A stretch of DNA of 64,000 bases from Antedon mediterranea (GCF_964355755.1 NC_092672.1:16565137-16629136), one strand, 5' to 3'. Positions 12,511 to 27,300 are shown, numbered from the stretch's first letter. The notes: generated from the sequence alone by a model not told the origin. Numbers and translations: made by a program.

Positions 12511-15480
12511 ATCAGCGAAAGAGAGAGATAGATCAGTGAGAGAGAGATAGATCAGCGAGAGAGAGATAGATCAGCGAGAGAGAGATAGATCAGCGAGAGA
12601 GAGATAGATCAGCGAGAGAGAAAGATAGATACGCGAGAGAAAGAGAGATAGATCCGCGAGAGAGAGATATATCAGCGAGAGAGAGATATATCAGCGTGAG
12701 AGAGAGATAGATCAGCGAGAGAGAGATAGATCAGCGAGAGAGATAGATCAGCGAGAGAAATATAGATCAGCGAGAGAGAGATAGATAGATCAGCGAGAGA
12801 GATAGTTCAGCGAGAGAGAGAGATAGATAGATCAGCGAGAGAGAGATAGATCAGCGAGAGAGAGAGAGATAGATCAGCGAGAGAGAGATAGATAGGACCA
12901 GCGAGAGAGAGATAGATCAGCGAGAGAGAGATAGATCAGCGAGAGAGAGAGATAGATCCGCGAGAGAGAGGTAGATCAGCGAGAGAGACAGAGAAAGATA
13001 GATCAGCGAGAGAGAGATAAAGAGATCAGCGAGAGAGAGAGGGAGATAGATCTGCGAGAGGGAGAGAGAGAGAGATAGATAGATCAGCGAGAGAGAGATA
13101 GATAGAGAGATATATCAGCGAGAGAGAGATATATCAGCGTGAGAGAGAAATAGATCAGCGAGAGAGAGAGATAGATCAGCGAGAGAGATAGATCAGCGAG
13201 AGAGAGATAGATAGATCAGAGAGAGAGATAGATCAGCGAGAGAGAGATAGATAGATCAGCGAGAGAGAGATAGATCAGCGAGAGAGAGAGAGAGAGATAG
13301 ATCAGCGAGACAGAGAGATAGATCAGCGAGAGAGAGATAGATCAGCGAGAGAGAGATAGATCAGCGAGAGAGAGATAGATCAGCGATAGAGAGATAGATC
13401 AGCGAGAGAGAGATAGATCACCGAGAGAGAGATAGATCAGCGAGAGAGAGATAGATCAGCGAGAGAGAGATAGATCAGCGAGAGAGAGATAGATCAGCGA
13501 GAAAGAGATAGATCAGCGAGAGAGAGATAGATCAGCGAGAGAGAGATAGATCAGCCGAGAGAGATAGATAGATCAGCGAGAGAGAGAGAGAGATAGATCA
13601 GCGAGAGAGAGATAGATCAGCGAGAGAGAGATAGATCAGCAAGAGAGAGATAGATCAGCGAGAGAGAGATAGATCAGCGAGAGAGAGAGATAGATCAGCG
13701 AGAGAGAGATTGATCAGCGAGACAGAGATAGATCAGCAAGAGAGAGAGAGATAGATCAGCGAGAGAGAGATAGATCAGCGAGAGAGATAGATCAGCGAGA
13801 AAGAGAGAGATAGATCAGCGAGAGAGAGATAGATAGATAGATCAGCGAGAGAGAGAGATAGGTAGATCAGCGAGAGAGAGAGATAGATAGATCAGCGAGA
13901 GAGAGAGAGAGATAGATCAGCGAGAGAGAGATAGATCAGCGAGAGAGATAGATCAGCGAGAGAGATAGATCAGCGAGAGAGATAGATCAGCGAGAGAGAT
14001 AGATAGATTAGCGAGAGAGAGATAGATCAGCGAGAGAGAGATAGATCAGCGTGAGAGAGATAGATCAGCGACAGAGAGATAGATCAGCAAGAGAGAGATA
14101 GATCAGTGACAGAGAGATAGATCAGCGAAAGAGAGATAGATCAGCGAGAGAGAGATAGATAAGCGAGAGAGAGATAGATCAACGAGAGAGAGATAGATCA
14201 GCGAGAGAGAGAGATAGATCAGGGAGATAGAGATAGATCAGCGAGAGAGAGATAGATCAGCGAGAGAGAGAGAGAGAAAGATCAACGAGAGAGAGATAGA
14301 TCAGCGAGAGAGAGAGATAGATCAGGGAGAGAGAGATAGATCAGCGAGAAAGAGAGATAGATCAGCGAGAGAGATAGATCAGCGAGAGAGAGATAGATCA
14401 GCGAGAGAGATAGATCAGCGAGAGAGAGAGATAGATCAGCGAGTGAGAGAGATAGATCAGAGAGAGAGAGAGATAGATCAGCGAGAGAGAGAGAGATAGA
14501 TCAGCGAAAGAGAGACAGATCCGCGAGAGAGAGAGAGATAGATCAGCGAGAGAGAGAGAGAGATCAGCAAGAGAGAGATAGATCAGCGAGAGAGATAGAT
14601 CAGCGAGAGAGAGATAGATCAGCGAAAGAGAGAGATAGATCAGTGAGAGAGAGATAGATCAGCGAGAGAGAGATAGATCAGCGAGAGAGAGATAGATCAG
14701 CGAGAGAGAGATAGATCAGCGAGAGAGAAAGATAGATACGCGAGAGAAAGAGAGATAGATCCGCGAGAGAGAGATATATCAGCGAGAGAGAGATATATCA
14801 GCGTGAGAGAAAGATAGATCAGCGAGAGAGAGATAGATCAGCGAGAGAGATAGATCAGCGAGAGAAATATAGATCAGCGAGAGAGAGATAGATAGATCAG
14901 CGAGAGAGATAGATCAGCGAGAGAGAGAGATAGATAGATCAGCGAGAGAGAGATAGATCAGCGAGAGAGAGAGAGAAAGATCAGCGAGAGAGAGATAGAT
15001 AGACCAGCGAGAGAGAGATAGATCAGCGAGAGAGAGATAGATCAGCGAGAGAGAGAGATAGATCCGCGAGAGAGAGGTAGATCAGCGAGAGAGAGAGAGA
15101 GAGATAGATCAGCGAGAGAGAGATAAAGAGATCAGCGAGAGAGAGAGGGAGATAGATCAGCGAGAGGGAGAGAGAGAGATAGATAGATCAGCGAGAGAGA
15201 GATAGATAGAGAGATATATCAGCGAGAGAGAGATATATCAGCGTGAGAGAGAAATAGATCAGCGAGAGAGAGAGAGATAGATCAGCGAGAGAGATAGATC
15301 AGCGAGAGAGAGATAGATAGATCAGAGAGAGAGATAGATCAGCGAGAGAGAGATAGATAGATCAGCGAGAGAGAGATAGATCAGCGAGAGAGAGAGAGAG
15401 AGATAGATCAGCGAGACAGAGAGATAGATCAGCGAGAGAGAGATAGATCAGCGAGAGAGAGATAGATCAGCGATAGAGAG
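11600..15480 (+). repeat. ~2.1-kb higher-order unit, about 2 copies (overlaps the 1154-bp duplication)
   Basis: GATACGCG 12631/14738 (2107 bp). The GACCAGC, CCGCG..GAGGTAG, GATAAAGAG and GAGGGAG series recurs at 12900-13070 and 15000-15170. Confidence 0.8.
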
Positions 15481-15769
15481 AGATAGATCAGCAAGAGAGA
15501 GATAGATCAGCGAGAGAGATAGATCAGCGAGAGAGAGATAGATCAGCGAGAGAAATATAGATCAGCGTGAGAGAGAGATATATCAGCGAGAGAGATAGAT
15601 CAGCGAGAGAGAGATAGATCAGCGAGAGAAATATAGATCAGCGAGAGAGAGATAGATCAGCGAGAGAGAGATAGATCAGCGAGAGAGAGATAAATCAGTT
15701 AGAGAGAGATAGATCAGCGAGAGAGAGATAGATCAGCGAGAGAGAGATAGATCTGCGAGAGAGAGAGAT

Positions 15770-16890
15770 AGATCAGCGAGATAGATAGATCAGCGAGAGA
15801 GAGATAGATCAGCGTGAGAGAGATAGATCAGCGTGAGAGAGAGAGATAGATCAGCAAGAGAGAGAGATTGATCAGCGAGAGAGAGATAGATCAGCGAGAG
15901 AGAGATAGATCAGCGAGAGAGAGATAGATCAGCGAGATAGAGATAGATCAGCGAGAGGAGAGATAGATCAGCAAGAGAGAGATAGATCAGCGAGAGAGAT
16001 AGAGATAGATAGATCAGCGACAGAGAGATAGATAGATCAGCGACAGAGAGATAGATAGATCAGCGAGAGAGAGATAGATAGATCAGCGAAAGAGAGATAG
16101 ATAGATCAGCGAGAGAGATAGATAGATCAGCGAGAGAGAGAGATAGATAGATCAGCGAGAGAGAGATAGATAGATCAGTGAGAGAGAGAGATAGATAGAT
16201 CAGCGAGAGAGAGATAGATAGATCAGAGAGAGAGATAGATAGATCAGCGAGAGAGAGATAGATAGATCAGCGAGAGAGAGATAGATAGATCAGCGAGAAG
16301 GAGAGAGATAGATCAGCGAGAGAGAGAGATAGATCAGCGAGATAGATAGATCAGCGAGAGAGAGATAGATCAGCGTGAGAGAGATAGATCAGCGTGAGAG
16401 AGAGAGATAGATCAGCAAGAGAGAGAGATTGATCAGCGAGAGAGAGATAGATCAGCGAGAGAGAGATAGATCAGCGAGAGAGAAATAGATCAGCGAGATA
16501 GAGATAGATCAGCGAGAGGAGAGATAGATCAGCAAGAGAGAGATAGATCAGCGAGAGAGATAGAGATAGATAGATCAGCGACAGAGAGATAGATAGATCA
16601 GCGACAGAGAGATAGATAGATCAGCGAGAGAGAGATAGATAGATCAGCGAAAGAGAGATAGATAGATCAGCGAGAGAGATAGATAGATCAGCGAGAGAGA
16701 GAGATAGATAGATCAGCGAGAGAGAGATAGATAGATCAGTGAGAGAGAGAGATAGATAGATCAGCGAGAGAGAGATAGATAGATCAGAGAGAGAGATAGA
16801 TAGATCAGCGAGAGAGAGATAGATAGATCAGCGAGAGAGAGATAGATAGATCAGCGAGAAGGAGAGAGATAGATCAGCGAGAGAGAGAGA
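15770..16890 (+). repeat. Tandem duplication, 561-bp unit, 2 copies (GATA-rich module)
   Basis: GATTGATC 15868/16429 and GAGAAGGAG 16298/16859 are both 561 bp apart. Confidence 0.9.
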
Positions 16891-16923
16891 GAGATAGATC
16901 AGCGAGAGAGAGATAGATAGATC

Positions 16924-16954
<31 letters not shown>

Positions 16955-19369
16955 TAGATCAGCCAGAGAGAGATATAGATAGATCAGCGAGAGAGAGAGA
17001 GAGATAGATCAGCGAGAGAGAGATAGATAGATAGATCAGCGAGAGAGAGATAGGTAGATCAGCGAGAGAGAGAGAGATAGATAGATCAGCGAGAGAGAGA
17101 GAGATAGATCAGCGAGAGAGAGATAGATCAGCGAGAGAGAGAGATAGATCAGCGAGAGAGAGAGATAGATCAGCGAGAGAGAGATAGATCAGTGACAGAG
17201 AGATAGATCAGCGAGAGAGAGATAGATCAGCGAGAGAGAGAGATAGATCAGCGAGAGAGAGAGAGATAGATCAGCGAGAGAGAGATAGATCAGTGACAGA
17301 GAGATAGATCAGCGAAAGAGAGATAGATCAGCGAGAGAGATAGATCAGCGGGAGAGAGAGATAGATCAACGAGAGAGAGATAGATCAGCGAGAGAGAGAG
17401 AGATAGATCAGGGAGAGAGAGATAGATCAGCGAGAGAGAGATAGATCAGCGAGAGATTGAGAGAGATAGATCAACTAGAGAGAGATAGATCAGCGAGAGA
17501 GAGAGATAGATCAGGGAGAGAGAGATAGATCAGCGAGAAAGAGATAGATCAGCGAGAGAGAGATAGATCAGCGAAAGAGAGATAGATCAGCGAGAGAGAT
17601 AGATCAGCGAGAGAGAGATATATCAGCGAGAGAGAGATAGATCAGTGAGAGAGAGAGAGATCAGCAAGAGAGATATAGATCAGCGAGAGAGATAGATCAG
17701 CGAGAGAGAGATAGATCAGCGAGAGAGAGATAGATCAGTGAGAGAGAGATAGATCAGCGAGAGAGAGATAGATCAGCGAGAGAGAGATAAATCAGCGAGA
17801 GAGAGATAGGTCAGCTAGAGAGAGATAGATCAGCGAGAGAGAGATAGATCGGCGAGAGAGAGATAGATCAGCGAGAGAGAGATATATCAGCGAGAGAGAG
17901 AGATAGATCAGCGTGAGAGAGAGATAGATCAGCGAGAGAGAGAGAGAGAGATAGATCAGCGAGAGAGATAGATCAACGAGAGAAATATAGATCAGTGAGA
18001 GAGAGATAGATAGATCAGCGAGAGAGAGAGAGATAGATCAGCGAGAGGAGAGAGAGAGATAGATCAGCGAGAGAGAGATAGATAAGCGAGAGAGAGATAG
18101 ATCAGCAAGAGAGAGAGATAGATCAGCGAGAGAGAAAGAGATAGATCAGCGAGAGGAGAGAGAGAGATAGATCAGCGAGAGAGAGATAGATCAGCAAGAG
18201 AGAGAGATAGATCAGCGAGAGAGAGATAGATCAGCGAGAGAGAGATAGATCACCGAGAGAAAGATAGATCAGCAAGAGAGAGAGAGATAGATCAGCGAGA
18301 GAGATAGATCAGCGAGAAAGAGAGAGATAGATCAGCGAGAGAGAGATAGATAGATAGATCAGCGAGAGAGAGATAGGTAGATCAGCGAGAGAGAGAGATA
18401 GATAGATCAGCGAGAGAGAGAGAGAGAGATAGATCAGCGAGAGAGAGATAGATCAGCGAGAGAGATAGATCAGCGAGAGAGATAGATCAGCGAGAGAGAT
18501 AGATCAGCGAGAGAGATAGATAGATTAGCGAGAGAGAGATAGATCAGCGAGAGAGAGATAGATCAGCGTGAGAGAGATAGATCAGCGACAGAGAGATAGA
18601 TCAGCAAGAGAGAGATAGATCAGTGACAGAGAGATAGATCAGCGAAAGAGAGATAGATCAGCGAGAGAGAGATAGATAAGCGAGAGAGAGATAGATCAAC
18701 GAGAGAGAGATAGATCAGCGAGAGAGAGAGATAGATCAGGGAGATAGAGATAGATCAGCGAGAGAGAGATAGATCAGCGAGAGAGAGAGAGAGAAAGATC
18801 AACGAGAGAGAGATAGATCAGCGAGAGAGAGAGATAGATCAGGGAGAGAGAGATAGATCAGCGAGAGAGAGAGATAGATCAGCGAGAGAGATAGATCAGC
18901 GAGAGAGAGATAGATCAGCGAGAGAGATAGATCAGCGAGAGAGAGAGAGATAGATCAGCGAGTGAGAGAGATAGATCAGCGAGAGAGAGATAGATCAGCG
19001 AGAGAGAAAGATAGATCAGCGAGAAAGAGATAGATCAGCGAAAGAGAGACAGATCCGTGAGAGAGAGAGAGAGAGATAGATCAGCGAGAGAGAGAGAGAT
19101 CAGCAAGAGAGAGATAGATCAGCGAGAGAGATAGATCAGCGAGAGAGAGATAGATCAGCGAAAGAGAGAGATAGATCAGTGAGAGAGAGATAGATCAGCG
19201 AGAGAGAGATAGATCAGCGAGAGAGAGATAGATCAGCGAGAGAGAAAGATAGATACGCGAGAGAAAGAGAGATAGATCCGCGAGAGAGAGATATATCAGC
19301 GAGAGAGAGATATATCAGCGTGAGAGAGAGATAGATCAGCGAGAGAGAGATAGATCAGCGAGAGAGATA

Positions 19370-21330
19370 GATCAGCGAGAGAAATATAGATCAGCGAGAG
19401 AGAGATAGATAGATCAGCGAGAGAGATAGATCAGCGAGAGAGAGAGATAGATAGATCAGCGAGAGAGAGATAGATCAGCGAGAGAGAGAGAGATAGATCA
19501 GCGAGAGAGAGATAGATAGACCAGCGAGAGAGAGATAGATCAGCGAGAGAGAGATAGATCAGCGAGAGAGAGAGATAGATCCGCGAGAGAGAGGTAGATC
19601 AGCGAGAGAGAGAGAGAGAGATAGATCAGCGAGAGAGAGATAAAGAGATCAGCGAGAGAGAGAGGGAGATAGATCAGCGAGAGGGAGAGAGAGAGAGATA
19701 GATAGATCAGCGAGAGAGAGATAGATAGAGAGATATATCAGCGAGAGAGAGATATATCAGCGTGAGAGAGAAATAGATCAGCGAGAGAGAGAGTTAGATC
19801 AGCGAGAGAGATAGATCAGCGAGAGAGAGATAGATAGATCAGAGAGAGAGATAGATCAGCGAGAGAGAGATAGATAGATCAGCGAGAGAGAGATAGATCA
19901 ACGAGAGAGAGAGAGAGATAGATCAGCGAGACAGAGAGATAGATCAGCGAGAGAGAGATAGATCAGCGAGAGAGAGATAGATCAGCGATAGAGAGATAGA
20001 TCAGCGAGAGAGAGATAGATCACCGAGAGAGAGATAGATCAGCGAGAGAGAGATAGATCAGCGAGAGAGATAGATCAGCGAGAGAGAGATAGATCAGCGA
20101 GAAAGAGATAGATCAGCGAGAGAGAGATAGATCAGCGAGAGAGAGATAGATCAGCCAGAGAGAGATAGATAGATCAGCGAGAGAGAGAGAGAGAGAGATA
20201 GATCAGCGAGAGAGAGATAGATCAGCGAGAGAGAGATAGATCAGCAAGAGAGAGATAGATCAGCGAGAGAGAGATAGATCAGCGAGAGAGAGAGATAGAT
20301 CAGCGAGAGAGAGATTGATCAGCGAGACAGAGATAGATCAGCGAGAGAGATAGATATGCGAGAGAAATATAGATCAGCGAGAGAGAGATAGATAGATCAG
20401 CGAGAGAGATAGATCAGCGAGAGAGAGAGATAGATAGATCAGCGAGAGAGAGATAGATCAGCGAGAGAGAGAGAGATAGATCAGCGAGAGAGAGATAGAT
20501 AGACCAGCGAGAGAGAGATAGATCAGCGAGAGAGAGATAGATCAGCGAGAGAGAGAGATAGATCCGCGAGAGAGAGGTAGATCAGCGAGAGAGAGAGAGA
20601 GAGATAGATCAGCGAGAGAGAGATAAAGAGATCAGCGAGAGAGAGAGGGAGATAGATCAGCGAGAGGTTGAGAGAGAGAAATAGATAGATCAGCGAGAGA
20701 GAGATAGATAGAGAGATATATCAGCGAGAGAGAGATATATCAGCGTGAGAGAGAAATAGATCAGCGAGAGAGAGAGATAGATCAGCGAGAGAGATAGATC
20801 AGCGAGAGAGAGATAGATAGATCAGAGAGAGAGATAGATCAGCGAGAGAGAGATAGATAGATCAGCGAGAGAGAGATAGATCAACGAGAGAGAGAGAGAG
20901 AGATAGATCAGCGAGACAGAGAGATAGATCAGCGAGAGAGAGATAGATCAGCGAGAGAGAGATAGATCAGCGATAGAGAGATAGATCAGCGAGAGAGAGA
21001 TAGATCACCGAGAGAGAGATAGATCAGCGAAAGAGAGATAGATCAGCGAGAGAGATAGATCAGCGAGAGAGAGATAGATCAGCGAGAAAGAGATAGATCA
21101 GCGAGAGAGAGATAGATCAGCGAGAGAGAGATAGATCAGCCAGAGAGAGATAGATAGATCAGCGAGAGAGAGAGAGAGAGAGATAGATCAGTGAGAGAGA
21201 GATAGATCAGCGAGAGAGAGATAGATCAGCAAGAGAGAGATAGATCAGCGAGAGAGAGATAGATCAGCGAGAGAGAGAGATAGATCAGCGAGAGAGAGAT
21301 TGATCAGCGAGACAGAGATAGATCAGCGAG
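19370..21330 (+). repeat. Tandem duplication, ~985-bp unit, 2 copies (the pair recurs at ~24640-26430)
   Basis: GACCAGC 19521/20504; GATTGATCAGCGAGACAG ~20315/~21300. The junction carries the private GATATGCG variant at 20356. Confidence 0.85.
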
Positions 21331-24300
21331 AGAGAGATTGATCAGCGAGAGAGAGATAGATCAGCGAGAGAGAGATAGATCAGCGAGAGAGAGACAGATC
21401 AGCGGGGGAGAGATAGATCAGCGATAGAGAGATAGATCAGCGAGAGAGAGATAGATCAGCGAGAGGAGAGATAGATCAGCGAGAGTGAGTTAGATCAGCG
21501 AGAGAGATAGAGATAGATAGATCAGCGAGAGAGAGATAGAGAGATCAGCGAGAGAGAGATAGATAGATCAGCGAGAGAGAGATAGATAGATCAGCGAGAG
21601 AGATAGATAGATCAGCGAGAGAGAGAGAGATAGATAGATCAGCGAGAGATAGATAGATCAGCGTGAGAGAGATAGATCAGCAACAGAGAGATAGATCAGC
21701 GAGAGAGATAGATCAGTGAAAGAGAGATAGATCAGCGAAAGAGAGATAGATCAGCGAGAGAGAGATAGATCAGCGAGAGAGATAGATCAGGGAGAAAGAG
21801 ATAGATCAGCGAGAGAGAGATAGATCAGCGAGAGAGATATATCAGCGAGAGAGAGATAGATCAGCGAAAGAGAGATATATCAGCGGGAAAGAGATAGATC
21901 AGCGAGAGAGAGAGATAGATCAGCGAGAGAGATAGATCAGCGGCAAAGAGATAAATCAGCGAGATAGAGATATATCAGGAAGAGAGAGATAGATCAGCGA
22001 GAGAGATAGATCAGCGAGAGAGATAGATCAGCGAGAGAGAGATAGATCAGCGAGAGAGAGATAGATCAGCGAGAGAGAGATAGATCAGCGAGAGATTGAG
22101 ATAGATAGATCAACGAGAGAGAAATAGATCAGCGAGAGAGAGAGATAGATCAGGGAGAGAGAGATAGATCAGCGAGAAAGAGATAGATCAGCGAGAGAGA
22201 GAGATAGATCAGCGAGAGAGAGATAGATCAGCGAGAGAGATAGATCAGCGAGAGAGAGATATATCAGCGAGAGAGAGATAGATCAGTGAGAGAGAGAGAG
22301 ATCAGCAAGAGAGATATAGATCAGCGAGAGAGATAGATGAGCGAGAGAGAGATAGATCAGCGAGAGAGAGATAGATCAGTGAGAGAGAGATAGATCAGCG
22401 AGAGAGAGATAGATCAGCGAGAGAGAGATAGATCAGCGAGAGAGAGATAGGTCAGCTAGAGAGAGACAGATCAGCGAGAGAGAGATAGATCCGCGAGAGA
22501 GAGATAGATCAGCGAGAGAGAGATATATCAGCGAGAGAGAGATAGATCAGCGTGAGAGAGAGATAGATCAGCGAGAGAGAGAGAGAGAGAGATAGATCAG
22601 CGAGAGAGATAGATCAACGAGAGAAATATAGATCAGTGAGAGAGAGATAGATAGATCAGCGAGAGAGAGAGAGATAGATCAGCGAGAGGAGAGAGAGAGA
22701 TAGATCAGCGAGAGAGAGATAGATCAGCGAGAGAGAGATAGATCAGCAAGAGAGAGAGAGATAGATCAGCGAGAGAGAGAGAGTTAGATCAGCGAGAGGA
22801 GAGAGAGAGATAGATCAGCGAGAGAGAGATAGATCAGCGAGAGAGAGATAGATCTGCGAGAGAGAGATAGATCAGCGAGAGAGAGATAGATCACCGAGAG
22901 AAAGATAGATCAGCAAGAGAGAGAGAGATAGATCAGCGAGAGAGAGATAGATCAGCGAGAGAGATAGATCAGCGAGAAAGAGAGAGATAGATCAGCGAGA
23001 GAGAGAGAGAGAGATAGATCAGCGAGAGAGAGATAGATCAGCGAGAGAGATAGATCAGCGAGAGAGATAGATCAGCGAGAGAGATAGATCAGCGAGAGAG
23101 ATAGATAGATTAGCGAGAGAGAGATAGATCAGCGAGAGAGAGATAGATCAGCGTGAGAGAGATAGATCAGCGACAGAGAGATAGATCAGCAAGAGAGAGA
23201 TAGATCAGTGAAAGAGAGATAGATCAGCGAAAGAGAAATAGATCAGCGAGAGAGAGATAGATAAGCGAGAGAGAAATAGATCAACGAGAGAGAGATAGAT
23301 CAGCGAGAGAGAGAGATAGATCAGGGAGATAGAGATAGATCAGCGAGAGAGAGATAGATCAGCGAGAGAGAGAGAGAGAAAGATCAACGAGAGAGAGATA
23401 GATCAGCGAGAGAGAGAGATAGATCAGGGAGAGAGAGATAGATCAGCGAGAGAGAGAGATAGATCAGCGAGAGAGATAGATCAGCGAGAGAGATAGATCA
23501 GCGAGAGAGAGAGATAGATCAGCGAGTGAGAGAGATAGATCAGCGAGAGAGAGATAGATCAGCGAGAGAGAGAGAGATAGATCAGCGAGAGAGAGATAGA
23601 TCAGCGAAAGAGAGACAGATCCGCGAGAGAGAGAGAGAGAGATAGATCAGCGAGAGAGAGAGAGAGATCAGCAAGAGAGAGATAGATCAGCGAGAGAGAT
23701 AGATCAGCGAGAGAGAGATAGATCAGCGAAAGAGAGAGATAGATCAGTGAGAGAGAGATAGATCAGCGAGAGAGAGATAGATCAGCGAGAGAGAGATAGA
23801 TCAGCGAGAGAGAGAGAGATAGATCAGCGAGTGAGAGAGATAGATCAGCGAGAGAGAGATAGATCAGCGAGAGAGAGAGATAGATCAGCGAGAAAGAGAT
23901 AGATCAGCGAAAGAGAGACAGATCCGAGAGAGAGAGAGAGAGAGATAGATCAGCGAGAGAGAGAGAGATCAGCAAGAGAGAGATAGATCAGCGAGAGAGA
24001 TAGATCAGCGAGAGAGAGATAGATCAGCGAAAGAGAGAGATAGATCAGTGAGAGAGAGATAGATCAGCGAGAGAGAGATAGATCAGCGAGAGAGAGATAG
24101 ATCAGCGAGAGAGAGATAGATCAGCGAGAGAGAAAGATAGATACGCGAGAGAAAGAGAGATAGATCCGCGAGAGAGAGATATATCAGCGAGAGAGAGATA
24201 TATCAGCGTGAGAGAGAGATAGATCAGCGAGAGAGAGATAGATCAGCGAGAGAGATAGATCAGCGAGAGAAATATAGATCAGCGAGAGAGAGATAGATAG

Positions 24301-27300
24301 ATCAGCGAGAGAGATAGATCAGCGAGAGAGAGAGATAGATAGATCAGCGAGAGAGAGATAGATCAGCGAGAGAGAGAGAGATAGATCAGCGAGAGAGAGA
24401 TAGATAGACCAGCGAGAGAGAGATAGATAGATGAGCGAGAGAGAGAGATAGATCTGCGAGAGAGAGATAGATAGATGAGCGAGAGAGAGATAGATGAGCG
24501 AGAGAGAGATAGATAGATCAGCCAGAGATAGATAGATGAGCGAGAGAGAGATAGATGAGCGAGAGAGAGATAGATAGATCAGCGTGAGATAGATAGATCA
24601 GCGAGAGAGAGATAGATAGATCAGCGAGAGAGAGATAGATAGATCAGCGAGAGAGAGATAGATCAGCGAGAGAGAGAGATAGATCCGCGAGAGAGAGGTA
24701 GATCAGCGAGAGAGAGAGAGAGAGATAGATCAGCGAGAGAGAGATAAAGAGATCAGCGAGAGAGAGAGGGAGATAGATCAGCGAGAGGGAGAGAGAGAGA
24801 GATAGATAGATCAGCGAGAGAGAGATAGATAGAGAGATATATCAGCGAGAGAGAGATATATCAGCGTGAGAGAGAAATAGATCAGCGAGAGAGAGAGAGA
24901 TAGATCAGCGAGAGAGATAGATCAGCGAGAGAGAGATAGATAGATCAGAGAGAGAGATAGATCAGCGAGAGAAAGATAGATAGATCAGCGAGAGAGAGAT
25001 AGATCAACGAGAGAGAGAGAGAGAGATAGATCAGCGAGACAGAGAGATAGATCAGCGAGAGAGAGATAGATCAGCGAGAGAGAGATAGATCAGCGATAGA
25101 GAGATAGATCAGCGAGAGAGAGATAGATCACCGAGAGAGAGATAGATCAGCGAGAGAGAGATAGATCAGCGAGAGAGATAGATCAGCGAGAGAGAGATAG
25201 ATCAGCGAGAAAGAGATAGATCAGCGAGAGAGAGATAGATCAGCGAGAGAGAGATAGATCAGCCAGAGAGAGATAGATAGATCAGCGAGAGAGAGAGAGA
25301 GAGAGATAGATCAGCTAGAGAGAGATAGATCAGCGAGAGAGAGATAGATCAGCAAGAGAGAGATAGATCAGCGAGAGAGAGATAGATCAGCGAGAGAGAG
25401 AGATAGATCAGCGAGAGAGAGATTGATCAGCGAGACAGAGATAGATCAGCGAGAGAGATAGATATGCGAGAGAAATATAGATCAGCGAGAGAGAGATAGA
25501 TAGATCAGCGAGAGAGATAGATCAGCGAGAGAGAGAGATAGATAGATCAGCGAGAGAGAGATAGATCAGCGAGAGAGAGAGAGATAGATCAGCGAGAGAG
25601 AGATAGATAGACCAGCGAGAGAGAGATAGATCAGCGAGAGAGAGATAGATCAGCGAGAGAGAGAGATAGATCCGCGAGAGAGAGGTAGATCAGCGAGAGA
25701 GAGAGAGAGAGATAGATCAGCGAGAGAGAGATAAAGAGATCAGCGAGAGAGAGAGGGAGATAGATCAGCGAGAGGGAGAGAGAGAGAAATAGATAGATCA
25801 GCGAGAGAGAGATAGATAGAGAGATATATCAGCGAGAGAGAGATATATCAGCGTGAGAGAGAAATAGATCAGCGAGAGAGAGAGATAGATCAGCGAGAGA
25901 GATAGATCAGCGAGAGAGAGATAGATAGATCAGAGAGAGAGATAGATCAGCGAGAGAGAGATAGATAGATCAGCGAGAGAGAGATAGATCAACGAGAGAG
26001 AGAGAGAGAGATAGATCAGCGAGACAGAGAGATAGATCAGCGAGAGAGAGATAGATCAGCGAGAGAGAGATAGATCAGCGATAGAGAGATAGATCAGCGA
26101 GAGAGAGATAGATCACCGAGAGAGAGATAGATCAGCGAGAGAGAGATAGATCAGCGAGAGAGATAGATCAGCGAGAGAGAGATAGATCAGCGAGAAAGAG
26201 ATAGATCAGCGAGAGAGAGATAGATCAGCGAGAGAGAGATAGATCAGCCAGAGAGAGATAGATAGATCAGCGAGAGAGAGAGAGAGAGATAGATCAGTGA
26301 GAGAGAGATAGATCAGCGAGAGAGAGATAGATCAGCAAGAGAGAGATAGATCAGCGAGAGAGATAGATCAGCGAGAGAGAGAGATAGATCAGCGAGAGAG
26401 AGATTGATCAGCGAGACAGAGATAGATCAGCGAGAGAGAGATTGATCAGCGAGAGAGAGATAGATCAGCGAGAGAGAGATAGATCAGCGAGAGAGAGACA
26501 GATCAGCGGGGGAGAGATAGATCAGCGATAGAGAGATAGATCAGCGAGAGAGAGATAGATCAGCGAGAGGAGAGATAGATCAGCGAGAGTGAGTTAGATC
26601 AGCGAGAGAGATAGAGATAGATAGATCAGCGAGAGAGAGATAGAGAGATCAGCGAGAGAGAGATAGATAGATCAGCGAGAGAGAGATAGATAGATCAGCG
26701 AGAGAGATAGATAGATCAGCGAGAGAGAGAGAGATAGATAGATCAGCGAGAGATAGATAGATCAGCGTGAGAGAGATAGATCAGCGACAGAGAGATAGAT
26801 CAGCGAGAGAGAGATAGATCAGTGAAAGAGAGATAGATCAGCGAAAGAGAGATAGATCAGCGAGAGAGAGATAGATCAGCGAGAGAGATAGATCAGGGAG
26901 AAAGAGATAGATCAGCGAGAGAGAGATAGATCAGCGAGAGAGATATATCAGCGAGAGAGAGATAGATCAGCGAAAGAGAGATATATCAGCGGGAAAGAGA
27001 TAGATCAGCGAGAGAGAGAGATAGATCAGCGAGAGAGATAGATCAGCGGCAAAGAGATAAATCAGCGAGATAGAGATATATCAGGAAGAGAGAGATAGAT
27101 CAGCGAGAGAGATAGATCAGCGAGAGAGATAGATCAGCGAGAGAGATAGATCAGCGAGAGAGAGATAGATCAGCGAGAGAGAGATAGATCAGCGAGAGAT
27201 TGAGATAGATAGATCAACGAGAGAGAAATAGATCAGCGAGAGAGAGAGATAGATCAGGGAGAGAGAGATAGATCAGCGAGAAAGAGATAGATCAGCGAGA

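Noticed and set aside
12317-12550. 77-aa R/E/D-rich ORF
   Set aside because: A copy of the same satellite stretch via the 1154-bp duplication. The resemblance to charged RE/RD low-complexity proteins follows from (GA)n codons.
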